The notes: generated by a model not told the origin, from the sequence alone. A stretch of DNA of 62,793 bases, filler included, from 10 parts of 10 records of this genome joined end to end with filler, not necessarily neighbours in it; one strand, 5' to 3'; positions 1 through 12,849 are shown, counted from the whole stretch's first letter. A program made the numbers and translations.

Positions 1-1411
1 AAAACAATCAGTTGCCCCACAATGCGGCAAATTTTGGCATCTGCAATTTAAGAAGCTGCATTGTCGCCAGCAGTGGAAAGAGAAACAGTAAAAATTGCCA
101 CAGATCGCTAATCTGGACCATCAGACCAAATTTGACCACAAAGCTGAATAGCGAAAGTAACACCAGCGTGCGCATCAGAAGTGACAACGACTTAAACGGT
201 GCTGCGACGGCGGAGTAGAGTACGCAGCTAATTGCTGCCAGCGTTAATGCATTGGCACCGGCATCCCATTGCGAAGCAATACTCCATGCGCCAATCATCA
301 TCAACGTACAAAATGTACGCAGCCCGCTCCACATAGCTTCGGCGTTATCGGTATGACGAGCCAGGCCGGATGTCCGTGGGAGTCTGGTATGATCATCTAC
401 ACCGCTTTGCAGACGATGTAATTCCTGACTACTTTGCAGATAAAGGCGGCAAAAATAACGTAGTCGCTGCCAGAAGGCGACGTGCCGATAGTCGGCGACG
501 TTGGTCGGGCGTAGCGGGGCGATAATACGTGCGACGGTGTAAACATCTGTTTGCGAACTGGCGAGCGCCGTCAGCAACTGTTCGAGAATTTCTCGTGTGG
601 CACCTGGCGGTGAGGGCCAGTTGAGCAACATACGTCGCAGGCTGGAGATGACACTGGTCATACGTAATTGCTGGTGGAGCAGCGCATTAAGGCGCGCGTT
701 TTGCTGGCGAAAACGATAGTGGCTCCAGAAAGCCTGGATACGCAGCAAATTCATGGTCAGTATCTGCCCAATCACCCCTTCATGTGCTGCACGAATGGCA
801 TCGGTTGTTTCAGGCTGCCAGAGTAAACTGGCATGTTCCAGTAATCGGGCGTGCATGTTTTTCAATGCGGTTAAAAGGGCAGTAGCATCGGAACTGCTCG
901 GCAGGATCATCATCATCATGCCGCCGCACAAAATACCGACTATTACCTCGCAAACGCGCGCCTGAGCGATATCCCACAGCTGGCTGGCCTCAGTAATATT
1001 AACCATCGGAAAGGCGATGATGGCAGCCGTGTAGCCCGCCAGTTGAAATGCATACGCGACGTTATTCGTGAAGTGCGCACAGGCCCAGGTACAAAAGCCA
1101 AGCCACGCCGACATGCTCAATAGAAAAAACCACGGCTCATTGAGCGTATGCCCGGCAAGAAGCAGTGCCGCAATGGCTCCGAGCAAACTGCCAGCGATGC
1201 GTCCGAGGCTTTTGCTGATAACACCGCCAACGGTGGGAAAGCTAACCACTGCAGCCGAGGTCATCGCCCAATAGGGTTCATCCAGATTTAAATAATAGGC
1301 AACCGTCAGCGCCAGACACATGGCAATGGTATTGCGTAACGCATAACGCCATTGCGCCAGCGTGGCCCTGAACCAGGGCAAATTGCGCAAGGACCATGAC
1401 GATGCGTTCAT
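1..1411 (-). CDS. ydhK: FUSC-family efflux transporter subunit, truncated at window edge
   Basis: [15 protein letters not shown]-terminus, many TM segments, follows ydhJ. The apparent stop at 8-10 probably results from a 1-bp G-run deletion near the edge (the other frame reads QLIVF). Confidence 0.93.
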
Positions 1412-2268
1412 TATTGACCTACGGCAATGCTACAGGTGGTGCCCGACACCAACGTGACATCGCCTGGGACTTTATCCAGCGCAAAGCGGACGGGAACGCG
1501 TTGGGCGAGTCGAACCCAGGGGACGTTAGGTTTAACATCCGGAATAAGGCTTGAGTCACTTTCAACGCTCTGATCATAAATCGCCCGACCGATACTGGAA
1601 ACGTGACCCTGTAACGTTTTGTTATCACTATAGAGGGTAATTTGTGCTGGTGCACCTTCGCGGATATGGCGCAACTTGGTTTCTTCAAAATAACCAATGA
1701 CGTAAAACGAGTGGCTGTCGACAAGGGCAAACAGCGGTTTCCCGGTATCAGCGTAATCGCCGATGCGGGTAGTAAGGTTAGTCACCCATCCACTCACCGG
1801 GGCGCGAATTTCCGTTTGCGCCAGTTGCCATTGTGCCTGTTTCAGCGTCGCCTGTGCGGCATCAACACTGGCCTGCATCGCTTTAACATTGAGGTTAGCG
1901 GTATCGAGTTCTTCGGCAGAAATAAAATTTTGTGAGAGATGACGACGACGATTCGCTTCGTTATTGGCTTTTGCGAGGTCAGATTGCGCTTTCGCCAGCT
2001 GAGCCTGTGCGTTCAGCTCGGCGATCTGAAAGGGCGTTTTATCGATCGTGAGCAGAAGATCCCCCGCGTTAACCAGCTGGTTGTCTTTTATATTCAGCTC
2101 AACAATACGTCCCGACACCTGTGGGGTGATAGAAACCTGTTCTGCGCGTATTTTCCCGTCGCGTGTCCACGGAGATTGCATGTAATAATTCCACAGCCAC
2201 CATCCGGCAAGAACCGCAACTACCGCTACAATGATTGTTGAGAAATACTTAATTGTTTTAATTGACAT
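1411..2268 (-). CDS. ydhJ: HlyD-family membrane fusion protein
   Basis: [11 protein letters not shown] start, SPWTRDG and [11 protein letters not shown] motifs, 285 aa. Confidence 0.93.
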   Translation of the reverse strand: MSIKTIKYFSTIIVAVVAVLAGWWLWNYYMQSPWTRDGKIRAEQVSITPQVSGRIVELNIKDNQLVNAGDLLLTIDKTPFQIAELNAQAQLAKAQSDLAKANNEANRRRHLSQNFISAEELDTANLNVKAMQASVDAAQATLKQAQWQLAQTEIRAPVSGWVTNLTTRIGDYADTGKPLFALVDSHSFYVIGYFEETKLRHIREGAPAQITLYSDNKTLQGHVSSIGRAIYDQSVESDSSLIPDVKPNVPWVRLAQRVPVRFALDKVPGDVTLVSGTTCSIAVGQ

Positions 2269-2270
2269 AG

Positions 2271-2507
2271 TTACCACGCAATCAGTATTGCCAGAGCAAG
2301 GCAAACGCAAATCGCAAACAGCGATAAATCCATTAACAAGGGATGCCAGATGTCACCGGCGTAGATCCAGCCACGAAGCAGGCGGTGTACGACAAGCCAG
2401 ATGACGAATCCAAACGCGAATGCTTTGAAAAACGGAGGAAAGTAGACGGACGCACCGAACACCAGATCTTGTAAGGGCAATCCTGTTGCATTGAGCATAA
2501 ACTTCAC
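2271..2507 (-). CDS. ydhI: DUF1656 inner membrane protein
   Basis: 78 aa, YFPPFF and IWHPLL motifs, first gene of ydhIJK. Confidence 0.9.
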
Positions 2508-2701
2508 AAAGTAGATTCCTTTACGACCGAATATATTGCGTTAGATTAATAAATATTCTTTAAGTGCGAAAAATTTACGCGCAATTTCTGAAAAATATGT
2601 CTGACGGTAACCAAATGCAGCAATACATTTGTTTTAGCAATACAATTGCTGCACACTATTCTAAAAGCCGCATAATATCTTAGCAAGCTAATTATAAGGA
2701 G

Positions 2702-3142
2702 ATGAAATTGGAATCGCCACTAGGTTCTGATCTGGCACGGTTGGTGCGCATATGGCGTGCTCTGATAGACCATCGCCTGAAACCGCTGGAGTTAACACAA
2801 ACCCATTGGGTTACGTTACACAATATCCATCAGTTACCTCCAGACCAGTCGCAAATTCAACTGGCAAAAGCGATTGGCATCGAGCAGCCATCACTGGTCC
2901 GTACTCTGGACCAACTGGAAGAAAAAGGGTTAATTTCGCGTCAAACTTGTGCCAGCGATCGTCGGGCTAAACGTATTAAACTGACGGAAAAGGCAGAGCC
3001 GCTGATCAGCGAAATGGAAGCTGTTATTAACAAAACCCGCGCGGAAATATTACATGGCATCTCCGCAGAGGAACTGGAGCAACTGATTACGCTCATCGCA
3101 AAACTTGAGCATAATATCATTGAGTTACAGGCCAAAGGGTGA
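2702..3142 (+). CDS. slyA: MarR-family transcriptional regulator SlyA
   Basis: [27 protein letters not shown] wHTH motif; divergent from ydhI. Start could be TTG at 2708. Confidence 0.97.
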
Positions 3143-3152
3143 AATGAAGGGG

Positions 3153-3180
3153 GCGTGTGGTCAGTAACCTGACCACACGC
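3153..3180. terminator. Hairpin between convergent slyA and slyB
   Basis: GCGTGTGGTCAG-taac-CTGACCACACGC perfect 12-bp stem. Confidence 0.75.
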
Positions 3181-3188
3181 AAACTTAT

Positions 3189-3656
3189 TTAGCGCGGAGA
3201 AACGGTCACCTGACTGCCATTGCTGGCCAGTACGACACGTTGGCCCGGAGAGAAACGAGTGTTGCCTTGTTTCTGTACCACCATGATGGTATTACCATCG
3301 TCTTTACGAATTTCCAGCTCGACACCCTGCGTTTTGTTCATTGCACTCTGTACGCCCTGACCAGCTACGCCACCTGCAACAGCGCCTGCTGCAGTAGCCA
3401 GAGAACGCCCGGTTCCGCCACCAACAGTATTCCCCAGGAAACCACCAAGAACAGCACCGCCAATTGCACCGATAACGTTGGAATCATCACCGCCCTGAAT
3501 CTGTACCGGACGTACGTTAACGATGGTGCCATAGCTGACATTCTGTACTTGTTTCGCTTCAGAAGCGGTATAAACATCCCCTGACAGGGTGTCGTTATTA
3601 ACACAACCGACAAGAGACAGACCTACCATTGAAACAACCAATACGCGTTTAATCAT
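3189..3656 (-). CDS. slyB: Outer membrane lipoprotein SlyB
   Basis: Lipobox LVGC, glycine-zipper region, 155 aa. Confidence 0.97.
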   Translation of the reverse strand: MIKRVLVVSMVGLSLVGCVNNDTLSGDVYTASEAKQVQNVSYGTIVNVRPVQIQGGDDSNVIGAIGGAVLGGFLGNTVGGGTGRSLATAAGAVAGGVAGQGVQSAMNKTQGVELEIRKDDGNTIMVVQKQGNTRFSPGQRVVLASNGSQVTVSPR

Positions 3657-3929
3657 TGAAAAATCTCCTGTTCACCATGAAACGCCACGCAAGCATCCCT
3701 CATGGTCAAAGTATATGGCATATGTGAATCCATGGTTACATGTTCTACCAAATATGAGCAAATCATAATGAAAGTAGGATCAACCAATTATAAACAAAAC
3801 ATTCATGATGATTATTGATTTGAAGATAATGTTTTACTACCAACGGTAAAAATCGGTCATTCCGCATGGTATTCACGAAAAGTTTATGTTTGAGTGGTGC
3901 GCAAACGTCAGATTGAAAAAGGATGAACT

Positions 3930-5039
3930 ATGAAATCGGGCCGCTTTATTGGCGTTATGTCAGGCACCAGCCTTGATGGTGTTGATGTTGTGTTGGCGAC
4001 AATTGATGAACACCGGGTCGCACAGCTGGCAAGTTTGAGTTGGCCGATCCCGGTATCTCTGAAACAGGCTGTACTGGATATTTGCCAGGGCCAGCAGCTT
4101 ACACTTTCGCAGTTTGGACAGCTTGATACTCAACTCGGGCAACTTTTTGCTGATGCGGTCAATGCCTTGCTTAAGGAACAAAATCTGCAGGCAAGAGATA
4201 TAGTTGCGATCGGTTGTCACGGTCAAACCGTCTGGCATGAACCGACGGGCGTGGCACCACACACTTTACAGATTGGCGATAACAATCAAATTGTGGCACG
4301 CACCGGAATTACGGTTGTCGGTGATTTTCGCCGTCGCGATATTGCCTTGGGAGGACAAGGCGCACCGCTGGTACCTGCGTTCCATCATGCGCTGCTGGCT
4401 CACCCAACCGAGCGACGAATGGTGCTCAATATTGGCGGCATCGCCAATCTGTCACTGCTCATTCCTGGGCAGCCGGTTGGGGGCTACGATACCGGTCCTG
4501 GTAACATGCTGATGGATGCCTGGATCTGGCGTCAGGCCGGTAAACCTTACGATAAAGATGCCGAGTGGGCACGGGCGGGTAAAGTTATTCTCCCACTGCT
4601 GCAAAATATGCTCAGCGACCCGTATTTCTCGCAACCTGCACCGAAAAGCACCGGACGCGAATACTTTAACTATGGTTGGCTGGAGCGCCATTTGCGCCAT
4701 TTTCCGGGTGTTGATCCCCGAGATGTGCAGGCGACACTGGCAGAACTCACCGCCGTGACCATTTCTGAACAAGTTTTGTTGAGCGGTGGCTGCGAACGAT
4801 TGATGGTATGTGGTGGAGGTAGTCGTAATCCGCTACTCATGGCGCGTCTGGCGGCATTACTGCCAGGCACAGAAGTCACCACCACCGATGCCGTTGGCAT
4901 TAGTGGCGATGACATGGAAGCATTGGCTTTCGCCTGGCTTGCCTGGCGGACGCTGGCGGGATTACCAGGAAATCTGCCTTCCGTCACTGGCGCAAGCCAG
5001 GAGACGGTACTGGGGGCTATTTTCCCCGCTAACCCGTGA
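3930..5039 (+). CDS. anmK: Anhydro-N-acetylmuramic acid kinase
   Basis: [17 protein letters not shown] and DTGPGN motifs, 369 aa. Confidence 0.97.
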   Translation: MKSGRFIGVMSGTSLDGVDVVLATIDEHRVAQLASLSWPIPVSLKQAVLDICQGQQLTLSQFGQLDTQLGQLFADAVNALLKEQNLQARDIVAIGCHGQTVWHEPTGVAPHTLQIGDNNQIVARTGITVVGDFRRRDIALGGQGAPLVPAFHHALLAHPTERRMVLNIGGIANLSLLIPGQPVGGYDTGPGNMLMDAWIWRQAGKPYDKDAEWARAGKVILPLLQNMLSDPYFSQPAPKSTGREYFNYGWLERHLRHFPGVDPRDVQATLAELTAVTISEQVLLSGGCERLMVCGGGSRNPLLMARLAALLPGTEVTTTDAVGISGDDMEALAFAWLAWRTLAGLPGNLPSVTGASQETVLGAIFPANP

Positions 5040-5136
5040 TATCAGAGTTAACTGAATTTTTCTTACCGCGTCTGCCGTTACACTTGGAACGTTAGGGAGG
5101 GCGTATTGCCCTCCAGACCAGGAAAGTCTTCGGGAT

Positions 5137-5466
5137 ATGACTATGAAAAAACTGTTAATTATCATTTTGCCGGTCCTTCTCTCCGGCTGTAGCGCCTTTA
5201 ATCAGCTGGTTGAGCGCATGCAAACCGATACGCTGGAATACCAGTGTGATGAAAAACCGTTGACGGTCAAACTGAATAATCCGCGCCAGGAGGTCAGTTT
5301 TGTTTACGATAATCAACTACTGCATCTCAAACAGGGCATTTCAGCCTCTGGCGCGCGTTACACTGACGGAATCTATGTTTTCTGGTCGAAAGGCGATGAA
5401 GCGACTGTCTATAAACGCGACCGCATCGTCTTGAATAACTGTCAGTTACAAAATCCACAGCGTTGA
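5137..5466 (+). CDS. mliC: Membrane-bound lysozyme inhibitor lipoprotein
   Basis: Lipobox LSGC, SASGARY and FWSKG motifs. Confidence 0.96.
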   Translation: MTMKKLLIIILPVLLSGCSAFNQLVERMQTDTLEYQCDEKPLTVKLNNPRQEVSFVYDNQLLHLKQGISASGARYTDGIYVFWSKGDEATVYKRDRIVLNNCQLQNPQR

Positions 5467-5524
5467 GATTTTTCCAGGGGCGGCGCACAATAGCGTCACC
5501 CACTGACAATCCGTAAAGAAAACC

Positions 5525-5999
5525 ATGTCTGATAACGACGAATTGCAGCAAATCGCGCATCTGCGCCGTGAATACACCAAAGGCGGGTTACGCCGCCGCG
5601 ATCTTCCCGCCGATCCATTAACCCTTTTTGAACGTTGGCTCTCTCAGGCTTGTGAAGCCAAACTGGCGGACCCTACCGCGATGGTGGTCGCTACCGTGGA
5701 TGAACATGGTCAGCCTTATCAGCGCATCGTTTTACTCAAACATTACGACGAAAAAGGCATGGTGTTTTACACCAACCTCGGCAGCCGTAAAGCACATCAA
5801 ATCGAAAATAATCCGCGCGTTAGCCTGCTGTTCCCGTGGCATACCCTTGAGCGCCAGGTGATGGTGATCGGTAAAGCAGAACGACTTTCGACTCTCGAAG
5901 TGATGAAATATTTTCATAGCCGCCCGCGTGATAGCCAGATTGGTGCATGGGTTTCGAAGCAGTCCAGTCGCATTTCTGCCCGCGGTATCCTTGAAAGTA
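5525..5999 (+). CDS. pdxH: Pyridoxine/pyridoxamine 5'-phosphate oxidase (5' part, contig end)
   Basis: LRREY, RIVLLK and FYTNLGSRK motifs. Confidence 0.96.
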
Positions 6000-6099
6000 N
6001 NNNNNNNNNNNNNNNNNNNNNNNNNNNNNNNNNNNNNNNNNNNTTAATTAATTAANNNNNNNNNNNNNNNNNNNNNNNNNNNNNNNNNNNNNNNNNNNN
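6000..6099. other. Artificial contig linker (N44-TTAATTAATTAA-N44)
   Basis: Stop codons in all six frames. Identical copies at 17671-17770, 20226-20325, 28691-28790, 30911-31010, 44017-44116, 50154-50253, 53959-54058 and 58912-59011. Confidence 0.99.
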
Positions 6100-6304
6100 T
6101 TTTCAAATAGCCATGCGTTGCGCCATGCTACGCCGCGCCACACTGCGAGTATAGAGTATGGTCGAGTTAAACCTGCTCTTTCAACCTTAACTCACGATTT
6201 CTTAAGCAAAAAATCGTTTTGCTGCCGTATATATCGCCATTATTCCCATTTCTGCCTGCGAATGCGCTGAAAAGACATTCTCTGTTTGGTTTACATGACA
6301 AATA

Positions 6305-6332
6305 TGAATGCGTATATTTCTCATTTGCATTT
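6305..6332. promoter_or_regulatory. Probable Fur operator of fhuE
   Basis: AT-rich GCGTATATTTCTCATTTGCA upstream of a siderophore receptor known to be Fur-regulated. Confidence 0.5.
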
Positions 6333-6421
6333 ACAAACAAAATTATTCGCACACTAAATATAATCGCTCATCACCCTCCTCCGGCATGAGCCTGACGACA
6401 ACATAAACCAAGAGATTTCAA

Positions 6422-8611
6422 ATGCTTTCAACACAATTTAACAGGGATAATCAATATCAAGCCATCACCAAACCGTCACTACTTGCCGGTTGCATAGCAC
6501 TGGCACTATTACCTTCTGCCGCTTTTGCTGCACCAGCCACTGAAGAAACGGTGATTGTTGAGGGTTCAGCCACAGCTCCAGATGATGGCGAAAATGATTA
6601 CAGCGTAACGTCTACCTCTGCGGGTACCAAAATGCAGATGACTCAACGTGATATTCCTCAGTCGGTCACTATTGTTAGCCAGCAGCGGATGGAAGATCAG
6701 CAGTTACAAACGCTGGGCGAAGTGATGGAAAACACGCTGGGGATCAGCAAAAGTCAGGCGGATTCCGATCGTGCTCTTTATTATTCCCGCGGATTCCAGA
6801 TCGATAACTATATGGTTGATGGTATCCCCACCTATTTTGAATCGCGCTGGAATCTGGGCGACGCACTTTCTGATATGGCACTCTTTGAACGCGTAGAAGT
6901 AGTGCGTGGCGCGACAGGACTCATGACCGGGACGGGTAATCCATCTGCGGCAATTAATATGGTTCGAAAACACGCGACCAGTCGTGAATTTAAAGGCGAT
7001 GTCTCGGCGGAATACGGTAGCTGGAACAAAGAACGGTATGTGGCGGATTTACAAAGCCCACTCACCGAAGACGGTAAAATCCGCGCGCGAATTGTCGGCG
7101 GCTACCAGAATAACGACTCATGGCTGGACCGCTACAACAGTGAAAAGACCTTCTTCTCGGGCATTGTCGATGCTGATTTAGGCGATCTTACGACGCTTTC
7201 AGCCGGTTACGAATATCAGCGCATTGATGTTAATAGCCCTACCTGGGGCGGTTTACCGCGCTGGAATACTGATGGCAGCAGCAACAGTTACGATCGCGCA
7301 CGCAGTACCGCACCTGACTGGGCGTACAACGATAAAGAGATCAACAAGGTCTTTATGACCCTGAAGCAGCAGTTTGCTGATACCTGGCAAGCGACACTGA
7401 ATGCCACCCACTCTGAAGTCGAATTTGACAGCAAAATGATGTATGTCGATGCCTATGTAAACAAAGCGGATGGTATGCTGGTTGGGCCATACAGTAATTA
7501 TGGACCTGGCTTTGATTATGTCGGCGGCACCGGTTGGAACAGTGGCAAACGTAAAGTTGATGCGCTGGATTTGTTCGCTGACGGTAGTTATGAATTGTTT
7601 GGTCGTCAGCACAATCTAATGTTTGGTGGCAGTTACAGCAAACAAAACAATCGTTACTTCAGTTCATGGGCCAACATCTTCCCGGATGAAATTGGCAGTT
7701 TCTACAACTTTAATGGCAATTTCCCACAAACCGACTGGTCACCACAGAGCCTGGCGCAGGACGATACCACACATATGAAATCGTTATATGCTGCCACTCG
7801 TGTCACCCTTGCCGATCCGCTGCATCTGATCCTCGGCGCACGTTATACCAACTGGCGGGTTGATACGCTGACTTACAGCATGGAGAAAAACCACACCACG
7901 CCTTACGCTGGTCTGGTGTTTGACATCAATGACAACTGGTCGACCTACGCCAGCTATACCTCTATTTTCCAGCCGCAAAATGATCGTGACAGTTCAGGCA
8001 AATATCTGGCTCCAATCACCGGTAACAACTACGAGCTGGGTCTGAAATCGGACTGGATGAATAGCCGTCTGACCACCACGTTAGCCATCTTCCGTATTGA
8101 GCAGGATAATGTCGCTCAGTCCACCGGTACACCTATCCCCGGCAGCAACGGCGAAACCGCCTATAAAGCGGTGGATGGGACAGTCAGTAAAGGGGTGGAA
8201 TTTGAACTCAACGGCGCAATTACCGACAACTGGCAGCTGACATTTGGCGCAACGCGCTATATTGCAGAGGATAACGAAGGAAACGCCGTTAATCCTAATC
8301 TGCCACGCACCACGGTTAAAATGTTCACCAGCTATCGGTTGCCTGTCATGCCAGAGTTGACGGTCGGCGGTGGTGTTAACTGGCAAAATCGCGTGTATAC
8401 CGACACCGTGACGCCGTATGGCACCTTCCGCGCCGAGCAAGGTAGCTACGCGCTGGTGGATCTCTTCACCCGCTACCAGGTGACGAAAAACTTCTCGTTA
8501 CAGGGGAACGTCAATAACCTGTTCGACAAAACCTACGATACCAACGTGGAAGGTTCTATCGTCTACGGCACACCGCGTAATTTCAGCATTACCGGCACGT
8601 ATCAATTCTGA
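6422..8611 (+). CDS. fhuE: TonB-dependent ferric-coprogen receptor FhuE
   Basis: TonB box ETVIV, DIPQSV and ERVEVVRG plug motifs, C-terminal YQF, 729 aa. Confidence 0.97.
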   Translation: MLSTQFNRDNQYQAITKPSLLAGCIALALLPSAAFAAPATEETVIVEGSATAPDDGENDYSVTSTSAGTKMQMTQRDIPQSVTIVSQQRMEDQQLQTLGEVMENTLGISKSQADSDRALYYSRGFQIDNYMVDGIPTYFESRWNLGDALSDMALFERVEVVRGATGLMTGTGNPSAAINMVRKHATSREFKGDVSAEYGSWNKERYVADLQSPLTEDGKIRARIVGGYQNNDSWLDRYNSEKTFFSGIVDADLGDLTTLSAGYEYQRIDVNSPTWGGLPRWNTDGSSNSYDRARSTAPDWAYNDKEINKVFMTLKQQFADTWQATLNATHSEVEFDSKMMYVDAYVNKADGMLVGPYSNYGPGFDYVGGTGWNSGKRKVDALDLFADGSYELFGRQHNLMFGGSYSKQNNRYFSSWANIFPDEIGSFYNFNGNFPQTDWSPQSLAQDDTTHMKSLYAATRVTLADPLHLILGARYTNWRVDTLTYSMEKNHTTPYAGLVFDINDNWSTYASYTSIFQPQNDRDSSGKYLAPITGNNYELGLKSDWMNSRLTTTLAIFRIEQDNVAQSTGTPIPGSNGETAYKAVDGTVSKGVEFELNGAITDNWQLTFGATRYIAEDNEGNAVNPNLPRTTVKMFTSYRLPVMPELTVGGGVNWQNRVYTDTVTPYGTFRAEQGSYALVDLFTRYQVTKNFSLQGNVNNLFDKTYDTNVEGSIVYGTPRNFSITGTYQF

Positions 8612-8622
8612 ATAACACCTGT

Positions 8623-8650
8623 AAAAAAGGCAGCCATCTGGCTGCCTTAG
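8623..8650. terminator. Intrinsic terminator between convergent fhuE and ptsG
   Basis: AAAAAGGCAGCCA-tc-TGGCTGCCTT hairpin with a U-tract on the minus strand. Confidence 0.75.
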
Positions 8651-8670
8651 TCTCCCCAACGTCTTACGGA

Positions 8671-10104
8671 TTAGTGGTTACGGATGTACTCATCCATCTC
8701 GGTTTTCAGGTTATCGGATTTAGTACCGAAAATCGCCTGAACACCAGAACCAGCAACCACTACGCCCGCTGCGCCCAGTTTCTTCAGGCCGGCCTGATCC
8801 ACTTTAGACACATCAGCAACGCTGACGCGCAGACGGGTAATACATGCGTCGAGGTTAGTAATGTTTTCTTTACCACCAAATGCAGCAACCAGAGCCGGTG
8901 CCATTTCGCTGGTACCTGTCGCTTTTGCATCTTCAGTCGCGTCTTCACGACCCGGCGTTTTCAGATCCAGTGCTTTAATCAGCACGCGGAAGATGGTGTA
9001 GTAAACAATCGCATAACCGATACCGACGATCGGGAACAGCCACAGTTTGCTGCTGTTACCAGACAGAACGATGAAGTCGATCAGACCGTGCGAGAACGAC
9101 GTACCGTCACGCATCCCCAGAAGAATACAGATTGGGAATGCCAGGCCTGCCAGAATCGCGTGGATGATGTACAGGATCGGCGCAACGAACATGAAGGAGA
9201 ACTCGATCGGCTCGGTGATACCGGTCAGGAACGAGGTCAGCGCCGCGGAGATCATAATACCGCCCACTTTCGCGCGGTTTTCTGGTTTAGCAGAGTGCCA
9301 GATAGCAATTGCGGCAGCTGGCAGACCGTACATTTTGAACAGGAAGCCACCAGACAGTTTACCCGCAGTCGGGTCACCCGCCATATAACGCGGAATGTCG
9401 CCGTGGAAAACCTGACCTGCTGCGTTGGTGTATTCACCAATCTGCATCTGGAAAGGTACGTTCCAGATGTGGTGCAGACCAAACGGTACCAGGCAACGTT
9501 CGATGAAACCGTAAATGCCAAACGCAACTACCGGGTTCTGGTAAGCAGCCCACTGAGAGAAGGTCTGGATTGCAGAACCAATCGGCGGCCAAATGAAGGA
9601 CAGCACAACGCCAGTAAAGATGGCAGCCAGGCCAGAAATGATCGGCACAAAGCGTTTACCGGCAAAGAAGCCAAGATACTCAGGCAGCTTAATACGGTAG
9701 AAACGGTTAAACATGTACGCTGCGATCGCACCGGAGATAATCCCTCCGAGTACGCCAGTATCCGCCAGGTGTTTAGAGGCGATTTCTTCAGCAGGTAAAT
9801 GCAGTACCAGTGGCGCAACCACGGCCATGGTTTTAACCATGATGCCATAGGCAACAACTGCGGCCAGCGCGGATACGCCATCGTTATTGGTAAAGCCGAG
9901 GGCGACACCGATCGCAAAAATCAGTGGCATGTTTGCAAAGACGGAACCGCCTGCTTCTGCCATAACATGCGATACAACGGCGGGCAGCCAGCTGAAATTC
10001 GCGGAACCGACGCCCAGCAGAATACCTGCGATAGGCAGTACGGATACCGGCAGCATCAGCGATTTACCGACCTTTTGCAGGTTAGCAAATGCATTCTTAA
10101 ACAT
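8671..10104 (-). CDS. ptsG: PTS glucose EIICB
   Basis: GITEPIEF and DACITRLR motifs, 477 aa. Confidence 0.98.
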
Positions 10105-10199
10105 AATTGAGAGTGCTCCTGAGTATGGGTGCTTTTTTTACGTTCTCACGCGTGGCAAGGGGGGAGAGCCTCGCCGTGTACAGGGCATCTAAGCGCCCT

Positions 10200-10260
10200 T
10201 TATTTATTACACAGAGTAAAATAATTCAGTGCCAATTTGTTTGACGGCTATCACGTTTCA
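10200..10260 (-). promoter_or_regulatory. ptsG control region (Mlc operator and CRP-like site)
   Basis: Quasi-palindrome TTATTACACAGAGTAAAATAA and TTTGA-N6-TCACG; known Mlc/CRP regulation of ptsG. Confidence 0.6.
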
Positions 10261-10398
10261 ACTTCAGATCATTGGAGAAGTTGCACATTTTGACAAAACA
10301 TATGTCACAATATTTCAAACGTGGTTATTCACCGCCCAATTTTCGGCGGTGAACTTTACTCGTTTTAGCCATTAATTACGAGCTTTAAAAAAACTCAT

Positions 10399-11196
10399 TC
10401 AACGGATGGATTGAAGGCGGGAAGCGTCGATGTGAAACAGACGGGCGAAGTTATCGGTGGTTACCTGCGCCAGTTCTTCAACGGCAACACCTTTCAACAC
10501 AGCCATGTATTCTGCAACGTCACGAACCATCGCAGGTTGATTCTCTTTTCCTCGATGCGGTACCGGCGCAAGGTAAGGTGAGTCAGTTTCCACCAGTAAC
10601 CGATCCAGGGGGACATAACGCGCAGCATCGCGCAGTTGCTCCGCATTACGGAAGGTCACAATGCCGGAAAAGGAGATGTAAAATCCGAGATCCAGTAATT
10701 TACCCGCCGTTTCTCTGTCCTCTGTAAAACAGTGTAGTACGCCACCGCAATCCGTCACTTTTTCTTCGCGCAGAATTGCCAGCGTATCGGCACGGGCGTC
10801 ACGGGTATGGACGATAACCGGCTTGTTCAGTTCACGACCAATCTGGATATGATGGATGAAGGACTCTTGCTGACGTACTTTAGTTTCCGGCGTGTAATAA
10901 TAATCCAGCCCGGTTTCACCCAGCGCTACAACACCCTCTTCTGCCGCCAGACGGCGTAAATCTTCTACATCGTAGGGATCATTCTGGTTGAGTGGATGCA
11001 CGCCACAAGAAAATACGACGTTGTCACGTTCGCCTACCAGATCCCGCATATGTAAATAATCCGGTAATGTTGTGGCGACTGCCAGACAAAATTTCACATC
11101 GCGTGCGGCGGCTTTCGCCAGAACGTCATCCACGTCCTTATGCAAAGATTCATAATCCAGACCATCGAGATGGCAGTGTGAGTCGACTAAAAACAT
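10399..11196 (-). CDS. ycfH: TatD-family metal-dependent nuclease
   Basis: DSHCH, GETGLD and ETDSPYL motifs, 265 aa. Confidence 0.96.
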   Translation of the reverse strand: MFLVDSHCHLDGLDYESLHKDVDDVLAKAAARDVKFCLAVATTLPDYLHMRDLVGERDNVVFSCGVHPLNQNDPYDVEDLRRLAAEEGVVALGETGLDYYYTPETKVRQQESFIHHIQIGRELNKPVIVHTRDARADTLAILREEKVTDCGGVLHCFTEDRETAGKLLDLGFYISFSGIVTFRNAEQLRDAARYVPLDRLLVETDSPYLAPVPHRGKENQPAMVRDVAEYMAVLKGVAVEELAQVTTDNFARLFHIDASRLQSIR

Positions 11197-11206
11197 GATG
11201 TCTCTC

Positions 11207-12211
11207 TTAAAGATGAGGAACCGGTAGCACAACGCCCGGTTGCAGGTAATGCTCAATACGCAGTAAAAGATCGGTGATGAGAAGCTCGCGGTTGATGCCT
11301 GTAACAGACATTAACTGTTCACGAATGTGGCAAACATCCCCCAGTATAGCCTGCAGGCGCGAGGGAGAAAGATGGTTTGCCAGTTCGGCGACCAGGCCCG
11401 GCACATCAACATTGGTCACCTGCGCAGCACCATGATGGCGTTTTAGCGCATCCATCAGCAACGTTGCCAGCCAGTGTAAACGCGCCGGAGCTTGTTCATG
11501 ATTAAGGGCCGCTAGCAGCGAATACCAGTCGCCCGATGGCACGCTATATGCCAACGCCTGACACAATGTTTCACGAGCCTGCCAGTTATCTCCCTGAAAC
11601 AACGCCAGTGCCGCGCCAGGCGAACCGGCGCTTAAGCGCAATGCGGCAAGTAATGCATCCTGTGACATTGTCACTTCGCGTGAAAGCCAGGTCACGGCGT
11701 ACTGTTCCGGCGGCGGCGCAAGGTAATGTAACCGACAACGACTACGTAATGTTGCCAGTAAACGTTCAGGCTCGCGGGTAGCCAGGAAAAACCAAGTTTC
11801 TGCTGGTGGCTCTTCAAGCGTTTTCAGCAATGCGTTAGCCGCGGCGTCGGTTAGTAAGGCAGCATCGGTTACCCAAACGACTTTCGCACCACCTAAGCGT
11901 GCGTGCTCATTCAGCTTTTCGGTGACCTCACGTACCGCATCAACGCCCAGCGTATTTTTTCCTTTTTCGGGAGCCAGGGTGTAGTAATCGGGATGCGTGC
12001 CAGCCTGCATCAACTGACATCCACGACAGTGACCGCAACTTTTGTGGCCCTGCGGTTGTTGGCAGAGTAAATAACGGCTCAGGGCGTAGATTAAAGCATC
12101 ATCGCCCATGCCCGGTAACGCCTGAATGAGTAGCGCATGGTGACCTCTTCCGGCCTGATAGCTGGCTACCAGTTTTTCGAAATCAGGTCGTAACCATGGA
12201 TACCATCTCAT
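11207..12211 (-). CDS. holB: DNA polymerase III delta' subunit
   Basis: CGHCRGC zinc site, [14 protein letters not shown] motif. Confidence 0.98.
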
Positions 12212-12849
12212 GCGTCCAACTCCTTCACCCAGTGGGTCACGGTAGTGCGGATTGCATCCATCACGGCCTCCAGCGGCTGGGTGGCATCAATGGTATGAAT
12301 GCTTTTATCTTGTGCTGCCAGTTCCAGATAGCGGGCGCGGGTGCGATTAAAGAAATCGAAAGATTCTTGCTCAATACGATCCAGCTCGCCGCGCGCACGC
12401 GCGCGTTTTAAGCCAACTTCCGGGGTAACATCGAGATAGAGCGTTAAGTCGGGGCGAAAATCCCCGAGAACAGCATCACGCAGTGTTGCCAGCATATGTT
12501 GGTCAATACCACGTCCGCCGCCCTGATACGCCTGAGTGGAGAGATCGTGGCGATCGCCAATCACCCAGGTGCCGTTAGCCAGAGCTGGTTTGATGACCGT
12601 TTCTACCAGTTGAACGCGCGCGGCATAAAACATCAGAACTTCGGCTTTATCGGTAATGACTTCATCGCCTACCGATTTGATATCCAGCACCAGGCTTCTT
12701 AACTTTTCGGCAAGTTGCGTACCGCCAGGTTCCCGAGTGAAAACCATGTCGCGGATACCCAGTTGCTCGAGCGTCTCAACCACCACATTACGCGCGGTAG
12801 TTTTGCCTGCGCCTTCCAGCCCCTCAATGACGATATACTTACTGCGCAT
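12208..12849 (-). CDS. tmk: Thymidylate kinase
   Basis: [11 protein letters not shown]-loop, REPGG. Confidence 0.98.

Noticed and set aside
8-20. Premature stop in ydhK suggesting a pseudogene
   Set aside because: Explained by one missing G in a G-run next to the sequence edge; the shifted frame continues QLIVF. Likely a sequencing error.
6000-6099. Recurring TTAATTAATTAA between N-runs as a biological repeat or CRISPR-like array
   Set aside because: Exactly 100 bp each time, with stops in all six frames: an assembly spacer
8674-9798. Long antisense ORFs opposite ptsG (also opposite nagC, nagE, bisC and metG)
   Set aside because: Shadow ORFs produced by codon bias of the real genes; no motifs
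11055-11065. Possible amino-acid differences from MG1655 (e.g. ycfH LPDY, yiaC NQSA) hinting at a mutagenised lab strain
   Set aside because: Based only on my recollection of the reference; needs an alignment and could be sequencing error
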